A DNA stretch of 64,000 nt from Candidatus Nomurabacteria bacterium (GCA_031425235.1 JANPIZ010000001.1:27731-91730); one strand, 5' to 3'. Shown: positions 48,620 to 58,664, counted from the stretch's first letter. Notes: a model not told the origin generated them from the letters alone. A program made the numbers and translations.

Positions 48620-50038
48620 TTATTTATTACCTCCATTAGTCCAACCAAAAAGTTTTCCTATTGCCTCTGCACTTTCCCGTTTGCGAGCAATGGTAATTGC
48701 TCCGTCTTGAACAATTATTTTCATAGGCGCCGAAAGTAGGCAGTGATGTGATGCCAAGCCGTCTTGATATGCGCCTGTGTCAAAAATTGCTACGAGTTGA
48801 TTATCTTTGTCAGCATGAAGCTTAGGCATTAAGATATAGTTCCCTCCGGCTGTGTATTTGTCATCAGAGTCACAGGTACTTCCTGCAAACCAGGTGGTTT
48901 TGAGCGGGCTATGCATATTGTTTGCCGGAATCACATGATATTTTTGGTGGATAGCCCATGTATCTTTTAAATCATTCATAAAACTACCGTCCACAATATA
49001 CCAAGATTTAGCGTTAGCTTTTGGAATAGCTTTTTCTGACATCACAGAATATAAGGTAATCTGAGCAGGGGCTACTACATACTGCCCCCATTCTACGATG
49101 ATGTTTGGGTGCTTGATGCCGGATTTATCAGAAAGATTTTTCAAAATTTTTACTATTTGGCTCGATACGCCCTTCGCGGTATAAAACTTTTTCTTTTCAT
49201 ATGGAATACCAAAACCTCCCCCTATGTCTAATGTGTCTAAGTTTGGATGTTTCTGTTGTAATTCCCTATAGATAGAAAAAGCGTGTTTGATGCCGTCAAA
49301 AATACTTTTCTGGGTTTTGATCTGTGAACCCATATGATAGTGCATGATTTTTAAATTTTTCATTTTACTTAGATCCAGCACATCTTTCTCCGACAATCCG
49401 AATCGATCAAACTTTTTATCCCAATGTGAATCAGCTTTAACATTAAGATCAACACGTACGCCGATGTCGCCTTTGTATTTTGATAACCGCTCTACTTCAT
49501 CCATTGATTCAATAATAGGTACAATATTCATTCCCTTGCCACGAAGTTCTTCGATAAGGTCGAGATATTGGTCTGTCTTCGGCCCATTGCAAAGCACGCG
49601 GATTTTGCTGTTGAATTTTTCACCTTCCCAAAGTTTTTTAACGATCCAAAGTTCATTAGCGGAAGTGGACTCTAGGTTTGCTCCTTCGGAAATAAGTGGA
49701 AGTATAAACTCCTTATTTTGATTTACCTTCATCGGATAGTGATAGAAGAATTTACCTTTGTATCCGTATATTTTTATGTATGCCTGAAAATATCCGATCA
49801 AATCCTTGAGTCGGTCTTCGATAATAAATGGAAACACGATCTGAAGTGGTGTACCGTATTTTTTAGCAATATCTCGCAAGTTGTATACATGATGCCCTTC
49901 CGTAGCAATAAGCTCTGCATCCTTGTTTACGTCGAAAAACTGAGTGTTGAATTCATCAACCCCAAGTTTCCAAAATTTCCTCCAGTTCTTCCCTGGTTTT
50001 TTTACCTTCTTTATTTTTTTTATCTTTTTTGGTTCCAT
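48620..50038 (-). CDS. PLP-dependent Orn/DAP/Arg decarboxylase family 2 protein (arginine decarboxylase-like)
   Basis: 472 aa. YGTPLQIVFPFIIEDRL...YPMKVNQNKEFI is present, and GGGFG and a C-terminal beta-sandwich follow. Confidence 0.65.
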   Translation of the reverse strand: MEPKKIKKIKKVKKPGKNWRKFWKLGVDEFNTQFFDVNKDAELIATEGHHVYNLRDIAKKYGTPLQIVFPFIIEDRLKDLIGYFQAYIKIYGYKGKFFYHYPMKVNQNKEFILPLISEGANLESTSANELWIVKKLWEGEKFNSKIRVLCNGPKTDQYLDLIEELRGKGMNIVPIIESMDEVERLSKYKGDIGVRVDLNVKADSHWDKKFDRFGLSEKDVLDLSKMKNLKIMHYHMGSQIKTQKSIFDGIKHAFSIYRELQQKHPNLDTLDIGGGFGIPYEKKKFYTAKGVSSQIVKILKNLSDKSGIKHPNIIVEWGQYVVAPAQITLYSVMSEKAIPKANAKSWYIVDGSFMNDLKDTWAIHQKYHVIPANNMHSPLKTTWFAGSTCDSDDKYTAGGNYILMPKLHADKDNQLVAIFDTGAYQDGLASHHCLLSAPMKIIVQDGAITIARKRESAEAIGKLFGWTNGGNK

Positions 50039-50185
50039 ATTTTCTATTATTATTTCTGCCTTTTAAATGTAAAATAGTATATCAACCTCACAAAATAACA
50101 CAATGGTTTTTAGGGTAAAACCCCAACTTCTAGCACCTTATATATTCTCTCCATTATACACCTAAAATGTGCATTTGTCAATCAG

Positions 50186-51118
50186 TACGTATAGGTCCAA
50201 TAGCTTGGCACCACTTGGTGGAATATCATCAAGTATATGCCATACACAACAAACAAGAATATGCCTAAGATTAGAAGAGAAGCAGCTCGACTAGTTAAAC
50301 GTGGTTGGAGTGCAAGAAAAGTGGGTCGATATCTAGGTTTTCATCATACAGCAGTAATGGAGTGGGTTAGAAGAAGTAGAATCATTGGAGATCATCCCAT
50401 ACCCACAAAATCTTCCAAACCGAAGTCACATCCGAAACAATTGAAAGAGAAAGTAGTAAACAAGATCGTAAAGAAAAGACTGGAGCACAACAGATATGCA
50501 GAAGCAGTGCATCGAGAACTTTTAAATGATGGAATCAAAGTTTCCTTGTCATCAGTAAAGAGAACTTTAGAAAGAAAGTATCTGATCAAGAAACGAAGTC
50601 CATGGAAACGATACCATCCACCAGTAGATCGCCCATATCCCCTGAAATCAGGTGATTTAGTAGAGATTGATGCCATTCATCGCATGACAGGTAAAAAGAC
50701 AAGATTGTACGTGCTTGTACTAATTGATGTCTACTCACGTTGGATATATGCCAGAGCTTACGAACGCTTGAATGCAGCTACTGCAGTTCAGTTCGTAGCT
50801 CTAGCACAAAAACATGCACCATTTAAATTCGATATGCTACAGAGTGATCATGGACCTGAATTTGGAAAATGGTTTGTGTCTAGAATTCAAAAGAAACATA
50901 GGTATACCAGAATTGGTAAACCGAACGACAATGCACACATTGAAAGAGTGAACAGAACAATTCAGGAAGAATGTTTAGATCATTTACCTAATGATGTGAA
51001 GAAGATTAATTGCGAATTGAAAAAGTATTTGCAATACTACAATTACAAACGAGTCCACGGAGGAATTAATTACTTAATTCCTATGCAGGTGGTGTGAAGC
51101 TATTGGTTAGGATACGGT
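50186..51118 (+). mobile_element. IS481-like insertion sequence (about 930 bp) with imperfect terminal inverted repeats
   Basis: The left end GTATAGGTCCAATAGCTTGGCACCAC (50189..) matches the reverse complement of the right end GTGTGAAGCTATTGGTTAGGATAC (..51115). The transposase stop lies inside the right inverted repeat. Confidence 0.65.
50237..51097 (+). CDS. DDE transposase (integrase core, rve fold), IS481/IS3-like single ORF with an N-terminal HTH
   Basis: 286 aa with D(EIDAIH)...D(SDHGPEF)...E(HIERVNRT) and the ending YNYKRVHGGI. Confidence 0.8.
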   Translation: MPYTTNKNMPKIRREAARLVKRGWSARKVGRYLGFHHTAVMEWVRRSRIIGDHPIPTKSSKPKSHPKQLKEKVVNKIVKKRLEHNRYAEAVHRELLNDGIKVSLSSVKRTLERKYLIKKRSPWKRYHPPVDRPYPLKSGDLVEIDAIHRMTGKKTRLYVLVLIDVYSRWIYARAYERLNAATAVQFVALAQKHAPFKFDMLQSDHGPEFGKWFVSRIQKKHRYTRIGKPNDNAHIERVNRTIQEECLDHLPNDVKKINCELKKYLQYYNYKRVHGGINYLIPMQVV

Positions 51119-51148
51119 GGAGGTTTTTTAATCTAGATTCTATTTAAT

Positions 51149-51622
51149 TTATCGAGTTAAACAAAATTCTGCACTTCCAGGAATAGCATCCTCGTCGTGA
51201 AGGGGAGCACAAACCGTATAACGACTATCTTCATATTCAATAGTGTATTTAGTGTCAGTTGCACTACCTCCTTCCGGGTCAAAAGGTATAGTTGCTGGAA
51301 TGTAATCAGGTGTTAGACAATCTAAATCAACCATACCTGAACCAGTACCAATAGTTAAGGGAGTAGTACCAGGAACAGTTCCTACACCAGAACAGTTAGA
51401 AGCTGACATTGGAACACCTTTGTTGTCTACTGCGTGTTGTCCAATAGCGTTCAAAATTGTGTTTACGTTTGACTCACGTTGAGTATTACGAGCTTGCGCA
51501 AATTGCTTAGCTGGATTGATCGCGATAATTACGATTGTTGCCAAGATAGCAATGATACCAATCACAACCAAGATTTCAATAAGAGTGAAACCTTTATTAT
51601 TTACGTTTTTTAAATTTTTCAT
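51149..51622 (-). CDS. pilA: Type IV major pilin
   Basis: 157 aa. NKGFTLIEILVVIGIIAILA is the class III signal, with cleavage between G and F and Glu at +5. Confidence 0.85.
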   Translation of the reverse strand: MKNLKNVNNKGFTLIEILVVIGIIAILATIVIIAINPAKQFAQARNTQRESNVNTILNAIGQHAVDNKGVPMSASNCSGVGTVPGTTPLTIGTGSGMVDLDCLTPDYIPATIPFDPEGGSATDTKYTIEYEDSRYTVCAPLHDEDAIPGSAEFCLTR

Positions 51623-51753
51623 ATTTTTACTTATTAATAATGTATCCGCTTTCGCGAAAAATGCTTATAATTTCGACATATTTATTATTATATAATATAT
51701 TTTTTACTCTACTACGTAAAACCAAAATTGTAAGGACTGGCTGTTAATTTGGC

Positions 51754-52149
51754 TTAAATTTCATCCCAAGAATTAACAGCGAGCGTGGTAGTATTTATTG
51801 TTATTTGTAATTTTGTAATATAATTTTTAAAATCAGCTTTAGTTAGGATGGTTTTAGTTGTACTGCCGGTAATAGAAATTATTGTACAACTATCAGCCCC
51901 GATAGTTACAACTTCGTTCGTTGGGCTGTAGGATGGATTGTTGGCTAATTTTAATATTGCGGTATCCGCGCAGCCTTCGGCTAAACTCAAACTACGTTCT
52001 TTTAGTTCTGAATCTAAAATGTTGAACCGACTATAAAATCCAGTTAAGCTTACATTCGTTACTATAAGTAAAAGAATTACAGAAATAATAATTGCGGATA
52101 TTAGAGCAACGAATCCAGTATTTTTTTTTATTTTTTCACTTTGATTCAT
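51754..52149 (-). CDS. Minor pilin / pseudopilin-like protein
   Basis: KKNTGFVALISAIIISVILL is a pilin-like N-terminus without the +5 Glu. The start is taken at the internal MNQSE. Confidence 0.5.
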   Translation of the reverse strand: MNQSEKIKKNTGFVALISAIIISVILLLIVTNVSLTGFYSRFNILDSELKERSLSLAEGCADTAILKLANNPSYSPTNEVVTIGADSCTIISITGSTTKTILTKADFKNYITKLQITINTTTLAVNSWDEI

Positions 52150-52150
52150 C

Positions 52151-52630
52151 TTATTTACGAATATATTTAGTGACATTAAAATCAAGGCCGTCTATCGTAG
52201 CTATCGCTGTAACCCCCGAGGGAGTGCCGGCTATGTTGATAAATTTAAGACAGCTCACCACAACATTCGAAGTAGTAATAGGGTAGAAGACACCTCCATT
52301 CTTCCCAATCTCAATATATCTAACCCCACTTATAACATTCAATCTTAGCACTACAGGAGTTATAGAAGTGTCACTTTTTACGATCGATAAACTTTGATTA
52401 CAGCCTGAGCCAGTAATAATAGGAGCACTCCCTAAGTTTATACTCGTAAGCGCCCAGTTGAATTTTTTCATAACAAAATTTCCTTCTTCTTGAGTAGTAT
52501 TTTTTGTACTTAATTTACCGGAGCCATCAATAAGTTGAAAACATGCGACAAAAGCAGTTCCGAGCAACAGAGAAAAAAGACCTATATAAATGATAACTTC
52601 TATGAGTGTGAAGCCTGTATTTTTTTTCAT
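52151..52630 (-). CDS. Prepilin-type N-terminal cleavage/methylation domain protein (minor pilin)
   Basis: MKKNTGFTLIEVIIYIGLFSLLLG. Confidence 0.8.
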   Translation of the reverse strand: MKKNTGFTLIEVIIYIGLFSLLLGTAFVACFQLIDGSGKLSTKNTTQEEGNFVMKKFNWALTSINLGSAPIITGSGCNQSLSIVKSDTSITPVVLRLNVISGVRYIEIGKNGGVFYPITTSNVVVSCLKFINIAGTPSGVTAIATIDGLDFNVTKYIRK

Positions 52631-54165
52631 TAGCTTGAAGTGATCACTGATATATATCCCTTATTATTTGAACTTTCAGAACCAATGTACATATAATTAC
52701 CCTCACAATCACTACTGGTGCCCTGAAGCCCGCCGCCGCTTCCCGGAGGAAGCGTAAGAGGGCTTGCGTATTCAGTAATATTACTTGGATTAGCAATATT
52801 CCATATCTGAAATTGTCCATTTGAAGTAATTAAAAATGCTAAATAATTTCTAATCGTAATACCATTTATACTGCTTGCTGAATTCATGCCTCCTATCTCA
52901 GGGAGGGCAGTGTTTGAATTCGAATTATTTAAAATATGAAAGTCATTCCCTGTGTTCGGTACAGTTTTTCCAAGATAAAGCTTGTCGCCAACTAAATACA
53001 TACTTTTACCATTACCAGCTCCACTTGATGCATTAAAACTACCTGCCGCTGTCGGGTTTGATAAATTTGAAATATTGTAAATTTTTAATTCTTGACTATT
53101 TGGAGATGCAATATACACATAATTATTCCTTACAAAAATATTATTTATTCCATTACCTATCTCAATACTTGATAACACAATAGGGTTCGTAGGTGTGCCG
53201 CTACCATTTCCTCCTACATCTATAATAAAAAACTCTTTACCGCTCGTCGCATTAGCTAGACCAAGATATACTATCCCATTTTTATAAAAAACACTTGTTC
53301 CATTTGCTAATTTGTTACCAGTTGTAAAGCTGTTAATTTTAAAGTTTTTTGCAATAAATGGATTTGCGGAGTTACTCATATTAATGACTTGTAATTGTGC
53401 ACAATTATGACTTTCAGTACACGCTTGTGGTGAACTATCATAGGCATTTGCAACATATGCATATTGTTGACCATCTACTGCAACAGCAACGAGGCCTTCA
53501 CTAATGGTTCCTGGGCTATTGTCTAATTTCCCAAGCACATCACTCGGGGTTAAAACAGGGTCTGCGATATTTACAATAAAAAAAGTTTCGTCATTATTTC
53601 CATTATTATTGTTCACCGTCACATACATTTTTTTATTAAATACCTGAATCGATCTAATAGGGAAGCCACTTGAATTATCATTTAATAAATCATTACCAAA
53701 TTCATATTCAGTTTTTTGTGGATGGGTCCAATCACCAGTAAGTACAGAGCTACACGTATCGCCACCATTCACTGCGTCTTTATTTGTCAGAAGGGTAGAG
53801 AACACAGTAGACAAAGTTCTGCCTGCTGTTTGCCAGCTCACTGTCGAAGTAACTTTTTTAGTAAAGAGATCAGTTTGGATAACGTCGAGTGCTTTTGTAT
53901 ACGTAAGCCCTGCGCTTGTTTCTGTTGTAGTCGACGAATTTACTAACCCAAAATCAAACCTCGAATCAGCGCGCGCTTTTTCTAGTATTGCCTGACCTTT
54001 TGAAATTGCTTCGTTATTTGTCTGTGTATCAATAGCTAAAGATTGATTACTGAATACAACGAGGATTACAGCACCCATCGACAAAATGAGCACCGCAAAA
54101 GCTATGAGTATTTCTAAGGTTGCAAAGCCTCGTATGTGTTTTTTACCAATTAATTGTACCTTCAT
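52630..54165 (-). CDS. Large pilin-like protein with an N-terminal prepilin motif and a beta-propeller-like C-terminal domain (PilY1-like tip adhesin candidate)
   Basis: 511 aa. RGFATLEILIAFAVLIL is at the N-terminus. Repeated YVYIA/LYLG/IWNI strands rich in N, G and S follow. Confidence 0.6.
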   Translation of the reverse strand: MKVQLIGKKHIRGFATLEILIAFAVLILSMGAVILVVFSNQSLAIDTQTNNEAISKGQAILEKARADSRFDFGLVNSSTTTETSAGLTYTKALDVIQTDLFTKKVTSTVSWQTAGRTLSTVFSTLLTNKDAVNGGDTCSSVLTGDWTHPQKTEYEFGNDLLNDNSSGFPIRSIQVFNKKMYVTVNNNNGNNDETFFIVNIADPVLTPSDVLGKLDNSPGTISEGLVAVAVDGQQYAYVANAYDSSPQACTESHNCAQLQVINMSNSANPFIAKNFKINSFTTGNKLANGTSVFYKNGIVYLGLANATSGKEFFIIDVGGNGSGTPTNPIVLSSIEIGNGINNIFVRNNYVYIASPNSQELKIYNISNLSNPTAAGSFNASSGAGNGKSMYLVGDKLYLGKTVPNTGNDFHILNNSNSNTALPEIGGMNSASSINGITIRNYLAFLITSNGQFQIWNIANPSNITEYASPLTLPPGSGGGLQGTSSDCEGNYMYIGSESSNNKGYISVITSS

Positions 54166-54562
54166 TGTTTATCATTATATCGTCTGATTTTATACCGTCG
54201 GTAATGTGTATAGTGGCCCCTGTTGTCGTTCCTGAAAGCCTATTGAAAACAATGGCAGGAAACAGGGTGCCTCCGTTAGAAGAGATGTCGGTATTAGCAG
54301 GAATGGAGTCACCAGTGGTGCACGTGTTTCCTTTGAAAATCACGTAGTTTGGAGCTATGTAACACACGCCGTGATTAGTGTCATATATATTACTCATAGC
54401 CCGACTACGAGCTTTTTGCAATATGGATACTATTTTTGCTTCTTCTGTTTGAAATGTATCCCGCCTGAAAGCACTCAAATCCGTCACGACTCCAAAACCT
54501 ATGACCACTGCCACAACGCCGATCACAACTATTATTTCAATTAAGCTAAAACCTTTATTCAT
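54143..54562 (-). CDS. Pseudopilin (GspH/FimT-like)
   Basis: 139 aa with MNKGFSLIEIIVVIGVVAVV. Confidence 0.8.
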   Translation of the reverse strand: MNKGFSLIEIIVVIGVVAVVIGFGVVTDLSAFRRDTFQTEEAKIVSILQKARSRAMSNIYDTNHGVCYIAPNYVIFKGNTCTTGDSIPANTDISSNGGTLFPAIVFNRLSGTTTGATIHITDGIKSDDIMINNEGTINW

Positions 54563-54566
54563 AATT

Positions 54567-55688
54567 TTACTTTGGTGTTAGGTTTTGAGTAATACCATAG
54601 ATAGGAGTAATAATAGCGATAGCGATAAATCCGACGAGAATACCCATTATAATCATCAATATTGGTTCAACCATGCTCGAAAGGTTCTTCGTAAAATCAT
54701 CGATCTCCGCTTCATACATTTCAGAAAGATACATAAGCGAGTTGGATAAATTTCCGCTATGTTCACCGACCGACACTATCTGCGATACAATATCTGGGAA
54801 AAATTCGCGATTCTTGCTCAAGTGAGTAGATATTTTTGCACCGCGATTTACTACAGCGGCCAAGGCATGGTATTCCTTTTGATATACAAGGTTAGGCGTT
54901 GTACGTACACATATCGGTAACGCTTCACCCATAGTTACACCACTTTTGAGAAGTAATCCGAGTGTGCGAGTAAAGTTTGCGATATTATAGTCAATAGTAA
55001 TTTTCCCAATGATTGGTATTTTTAAAATAAAACGATCAAAATAAAATGCACATGTTTTACTTTTCTTTAAAGTAATTAAAAAAGCAACTAGTAAAACTAC
55101 TAAGCCTGCAAACGCGACAAGTCCCCAATTGGTAACAAATCCACTCATAGCGATAACAATTCGAGTAGAAAGTGGAAGATCATAATTCAAACTTGAGAAT
55201 ACGGGTAATATTTTTGGAAAAAGGAATACCATCAAGAATGCCACGATGCCCACAGTAGCGATGCTGACAATGATAGGGTACACCGAAGCACTGATTATTT
55301 TTTTACGAAGAGCTTGTTTTTTCTTTAACTCGTCAGCGATATATTCTAGATTTTCGGAAAGAATACCTGTTTGTTCCCCAAAACCGATTATATTGATAGT
55401 AAATTCACCAAATGTATTTTTAAATTTACTTAAACTTGTTGATAGGTTTTGACCGTTCGAAACATTCGTAATGACAGTATCTAAAATACGAATATATGTT
55501 TTCTTGCGTGTTTGCTCGCGAATCATTACGAGCGATTCACGCATCGGTATACCTGCTTTAATAAGAAAGGAAAGTCTTTTGACGAAAAAAGTTTGGTCTT
55601 TAACTGACAGACGCATCCGAGTGGACGAGATGGTTTGCAGCGATTCCATCAATGACTTTTTATTTTTTTCTTTTGTGTGTTCGGCCAT
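54567..55688 (-). CDS. pilC: Type IV pilus assembly platform protein PilC (GspF family)
   Basis: 373 aa with two T2SS-F repeats and three TM segments. Confidence 0.85.
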   Translation of the reverse strand: MAEHTKEKNKKSLMESLQTISSTRMRLSVKDQTFFVKRLSFLIKAGIPMRESLVMIREQTRKKTYIRILDTVITNVSNGQNLSTSLSKFKNTFGEFTINIIGFGEQTGILSENLEYIADELKKKQALRKKIISASVYPIIVSIATVGIVAFLMVFLFPKILPVFSSLNYDLPLSTRIVIAMSGFVTNWGLVAFAGLVVLLVAFLITLKKSKTCAFYFDRFILKIPIIGKITIDYNIANFTRTLGLLLKSGVTMGEALPICVRTTPNLVYQKEYHALAAVVNRGAKISTHLSKNREFFPDIVSQIVSVGEHSGNLSNSLMYLSEMYEAEIDDFTKNLSSMVEPILMIIMGILVGFIAIAIITPIYGITQNLTPK

Positions 55689-55693
55689 GGGTA

Positions 55694-56953
55694 TTATTCA
55701 TGGATAACTCGTAGTACCTCTTCGACAGTGGTAAGTCCCTCTTTTACTTTATTAAATCCATCTTCGAACATTGTAGTCATTCCATTTTTAATAGCTATTT
55801 TTTTGATTTCTGCTGCAGATGCCCGACGGAGTATCGCGTCTTTGATTTCTGTATCAGCTACTAAGACTTCATTTATACACACACGCCCTCGATACCCACT
55901 GTTATTGCATTTTTCGCAACCATTACCTTTATATACAAATTCATTATTCACAAGCAAATTCGCGTATGGAGTTTTCGCAAGAGCTTCTTTCATGGCATGA
56001 GTAATGACTATTTTCTCTTTACAGTCAGCACAAATTTTTCGCACAAGTCGCTGTCCGATAGCTATAGACACAGTCGAAGCCACAAGATATTCTTCAATCC
56101 CCATGTCGAGCAAGCGAGGCAAGGTAGTGGCCGCATCGTTGGTATGAAGTGTAGAAAGGAGTAGGTGACCAGTAAGTGCAGTATTCACGGCGATGCTTGC
56201 TGTCTCAGCGTCGCGGATTTCACCAACCATGATAATATTTGGATCTTGTCTCAAAATACTACGTAAGCCATTTGCAAATGTAAGACCATGCCGGGCATTT
56301 ACTTGTATTTGCTCAATGTCATCTACCGCGTATTCAATCGGGTCTTCAATGGTCAGAATAGAAACCTCGGGCGAATTTAACATTTTAATAAGAGTGTACA
56401 TAGTTGTGGTTTTACCACTACCTGTTGGGCCAGTTGAGAGGATCATTCCATTTGTTTTTCGCATGGCATCTTCTATTTTCTTTCTGTCAGTTTCACTAAA
56501 GCCAAGGTCGCCGAGTGTCGACTTTTCGTTTTTATCCGAAAGCAAACGAAGCACCGCATTTTCACCATGGTAGGTCGGCACTATTGATACACGAAAATCG
56601 ATAAATTTAGACTGGGAAGGATTTTGTTGTAATGCCTCTTCGGAAAATGCATATCTAAAGCGGCCATCCTGAGTAGCCTGATGTTCATCGGTGCGAAGTT
56701 TGGATAATATTTTTATTCGAGCGATAACTTCGTTATTTATTTCTTTAGGAAATGTGTACGCATCAGTAAGCACTCCATCAATACGAAAACGAACTCGGAC
56801 ACCTTTTACAAGTGGATCAATGTGAATATCAGAAGCACGACTTTGAAATGCTTTTTCAATTAAATTATCAAAGAGGGCGATAATAGATATCTCAGCACCA
56901 CGAGCGAGTTCTTCTTCAACTTTGTCTATTTTTTTGTTCGGAGGTGTGTCCAC
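55694..56953 (-). CDS. pilB: Type IV pilus / T2SS ATPase of the GspE-PilB family
   Basis: 419 aa. The Walker A motif is STGPTGSGKTTT, with Asp and His boxes and a C-terminal tetracysteine (CADCKE...CEKC). Confidence 0.85.
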   Translation of the reverse strand: MDTPPNKKIDKVEEELARGAEISIIALFDNLIEKAFQSRASDIHIDPLVKGVRVRFRIDGVLTDAYTFPKEINNEVIARIKILSKLRTDEHQATQDGRFRYAFSEEALQQNPSQSKFIDFRVSIVPTYHGENAVLRLLSDKNEKSTLGDLGFSETDRKKIEDAMRKTNGMILSTGPTGSGKTTTMYTLIKMLNSPEVSILTIEDPIEYAVDDIEQIQVNARHGLTFANGLRSILRQDPNIIMVGEIRDAETASIAVNTALTGHLLLSTLHTNDAATTLPRLLDMGIEEYLVASTVSIAIGQRLVRKICADCKEKIVITHAMKEALAKTPYANLLVNNEFVYKGNGCEKCNNSGYRGRVCINEVLVADTEIKDAILRRASAAEIKKIAIKNGMTTMFEDGFNKVKEGLTTVEEVLRVIHE

Positions 56954-57031
56954 GAGAGTATAGATATTTTTAATGTCTCAGAAATTACTTACAAAAACTA
57001 TACTACAAAAAATTCTTTTTGACAACATGAA

Positions 57032-57060
57032 TTGACAAAAAGGTCAAATTAACGTAAAGT
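57032..57060 (+). promoter_or_regulatory. Candidate promoter TTGACA-17-TAAAGT with an embedded TTGAC-aaaaag-GTCAA inverted repeat
   Basis: Read directly from the sequence. It lies about 60 nt upstream of the start at 57120. A hairpin (ATACGGCT-AAG-AGCCGTAT then TTTTT) follows in the leader. Confidence 0.35.
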
Positions 57061-57119
57061 CTTTTACGGATACGGCTAAGAGCCGTATTTTTCAATTAAG
57101 AAATTTGGGAGATAGAAAA

Positions 57120-58025
57120 ATGAAAAATAGTAAATTAATGAGCGCAATGGCGTTCATTTTCGTTCTTTTAACAATGACAGCTTTGTCGGCAACAACGGCA
57201 GCGGCACAGACCACAGTTGTCGTAACTGGCAACACTTCAACGGCGGAAAACGTTCCGGGTTGGTATTTTAGCCGAGACACGGCGAATGCCACTCCATACA
57301 CGTTCACAAATCGGTTCAACAGCATCGGCAACGGGAGTCTTTTTACCGGCGTTATCAGTACGGCGGCGGCAAAGAAATTCATCGGCGAGCATTTCATCAA
57401 CGTAGCGATATCGACGGTTAACAGTATTTCCGGCGATTTCAAGATCGCAGGGAACGGAACAGCAGCCTCTGCTAACCAGTTCTATTTAAACGTATATGCA
57501 AACTTCGGCGAATCGGACGACCTCAAATTCTACGACTGTAGATACGACGTTATTGCAACGACAGGAAGTACGTCCGGATTCTCCACGCTCACGTTTGATC
57601 CGACGCTACCTTATTCGGTCACTACAAGAGGCGGGGCTTCTGCATCGCCATACCCGTGTCCTTCCATACCGGCAGATATGAACTCGCTTAGTGCTGGTTC
57701 GAACATTCGAGCTTACAGCCTAAACACGGGCGATACGAGTTTGAATGACGCCGGTTTAGCTGGCTACTGGGATAATGTGGTGACGGATCTCGACTCCGGC
57801 GTGACGATTTACGATTTCGAAATGTCGGCATCCAAATGCAAAAACGGGGGATGGTCAACAATGACTGGGTCCGACGGCAACCCGTATATTAACCAGGGTG
57901 ACTGCGTTTCCGACACAGTTCGGGATCGCTCATTCTCAGTTTTGTTTATACAAACTATTCGTTTGGCGAACAATAACCGCCAAGCTAATTTAAACAACAA
58001 AATAAATCGAGAACTAATTTATTAG
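57120..58025 (+). CDS. Secreted protein of a paralogous family sharing a C-terminal CKNGGW...NQGxCVS motif; anomalously GC-rich gene
   Basis: A GGGAGA ribosome-binding site lies 8 nt upstream. The signal peptide is MKNSKLMSAMAFIFVLLTMTALSA. A 60-nt sample is 53% GC against about 38-40% in neighbouring genes, and the gene uses many CGG/GCG/ACG codons. The C-terminus reads CKNGGWSTMTGSDGNPYINQGDCVS. Confidence 0.7.
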   Translation: MKNSKLMSAMAFIFVLLTMTALSATTAAAQTTVVVTGNTSTAENVPGWYFSRDTANATPYTFTNRFNSIGNGSLFTGVISTAAAKKFIGEHFINVAISTVNSISGDFKIAGNGTAASANQFYLNVYANFGESDDLKFYDCRYDVIATTGSTSGFSTLTFDPTLPYSVTTRGGASASPYPCPSIPADMNSLSAGSNIRAYSLNTGDTSLNDAGLAGYWDNVVTDLDSGVTIYDFEMSASKCKNGGWSTMTGSDGNPYINQGDCVSDTVRDRSFSVLFIQTIRLANNNRQANLNNKINRELIY

Positions 58026-58039
58026 AACTCACATTCCAT

Positions 58040-58078
58040 GCGGAATTTTCGAAAAGAAAATTCCGCATCGCTTTTTTT
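58040..58078 (+). terminator. Rho-independent terminator
   Basis: GCGGAATTTTC-GAAAA-GAAAATTCCGC followed by ATCGCTTTTTTT. Confidence 0.7.
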
Positions 58079-58197
58079 ACTCGAATTTTCATACATTAAA
58101 AATGTAACTAACATAGTGAAAGAAAACTCACTTATGTTCGTCTTATATTAATAGATGAACTTTAAAGTTTTTTTATTAATTTAATTATAAAAAATAT

Positions 58198-58452
58198 ATG
58201 GAAATAATACTTTGGATTGTGTTTGGTGCGCTCGTAGGGTGGGTAGCTTCTCTCATCATGAAAACTGATGCGGAGCAAGGTGCTTTTCTTAACATAATAG
58301 TCGGGGTAGTCGGCGCTGTAATCGGTGGCTGGATTATGAGCAGTTTAGGTGGAGGTGCGGTAACTGGTTTTAATATAACTAGTTTTGTCGTAGCCCTTGT
58401 TGGTGCCATCATCCTAATATTTCTTGTTAAGGTACTACGTCGCACTACATAA
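58198..58452 (+). CDS. GlsB/YeaQ/YmgE-family (transglycosylase-associated) small membrane protein
   Basis: 84 aa. ILWIVFGALVGWVASLIM...IVGVVGAVIGGWI is present. Confidence 0.8.
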   Translation: MEIILWIVFGALVGWVASLIMKTDAEQGAFLNIIVGVVGAVIGGWIMSSLGGGAVTGFNITSFVVALVGAIILIFLVKVLRRTT

Positions 58453-58475
58453 AAATTTATTAGGGATTAGAACAT

Positions 58476-58510
58476 CAAAAAAACTTCGCAGTACTGCGAA
58501 GTTTTTTTGT
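58476..58510. terminator. Bidirectional terminator
   Basis: AAAAAAACTTCGCAGTACTGCGAAGTTTTTTTG. Confidence 0.7.
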
Positions 58511-58664
58511 TTGACAAAATTTTTCATCAATTTCCTAAAAATATTCATGCAATATTCCGTGGCCTCATGCGTCTACTATATTACAGGTCCATTTGAGTCG
58601 ATCATTGGATTTGTAACAAAATTATTATTAATAAAAACATTATTACATTAACCTAAACAAAATT

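Noticed and set aside
57092-57442. Minus-strand ORF of 116 aa
   Set aside because: It is antisense to the GC-rich secreted-protein gene. The plus-strand gene has a signal peptide, an RBS and a paralog.
58507-58540. TTGACA-containing candidate promoter for 58665..59852
   Set aside because: No acceptable -10 hexamer at 16-18 bp spacing. I left it unannotated.
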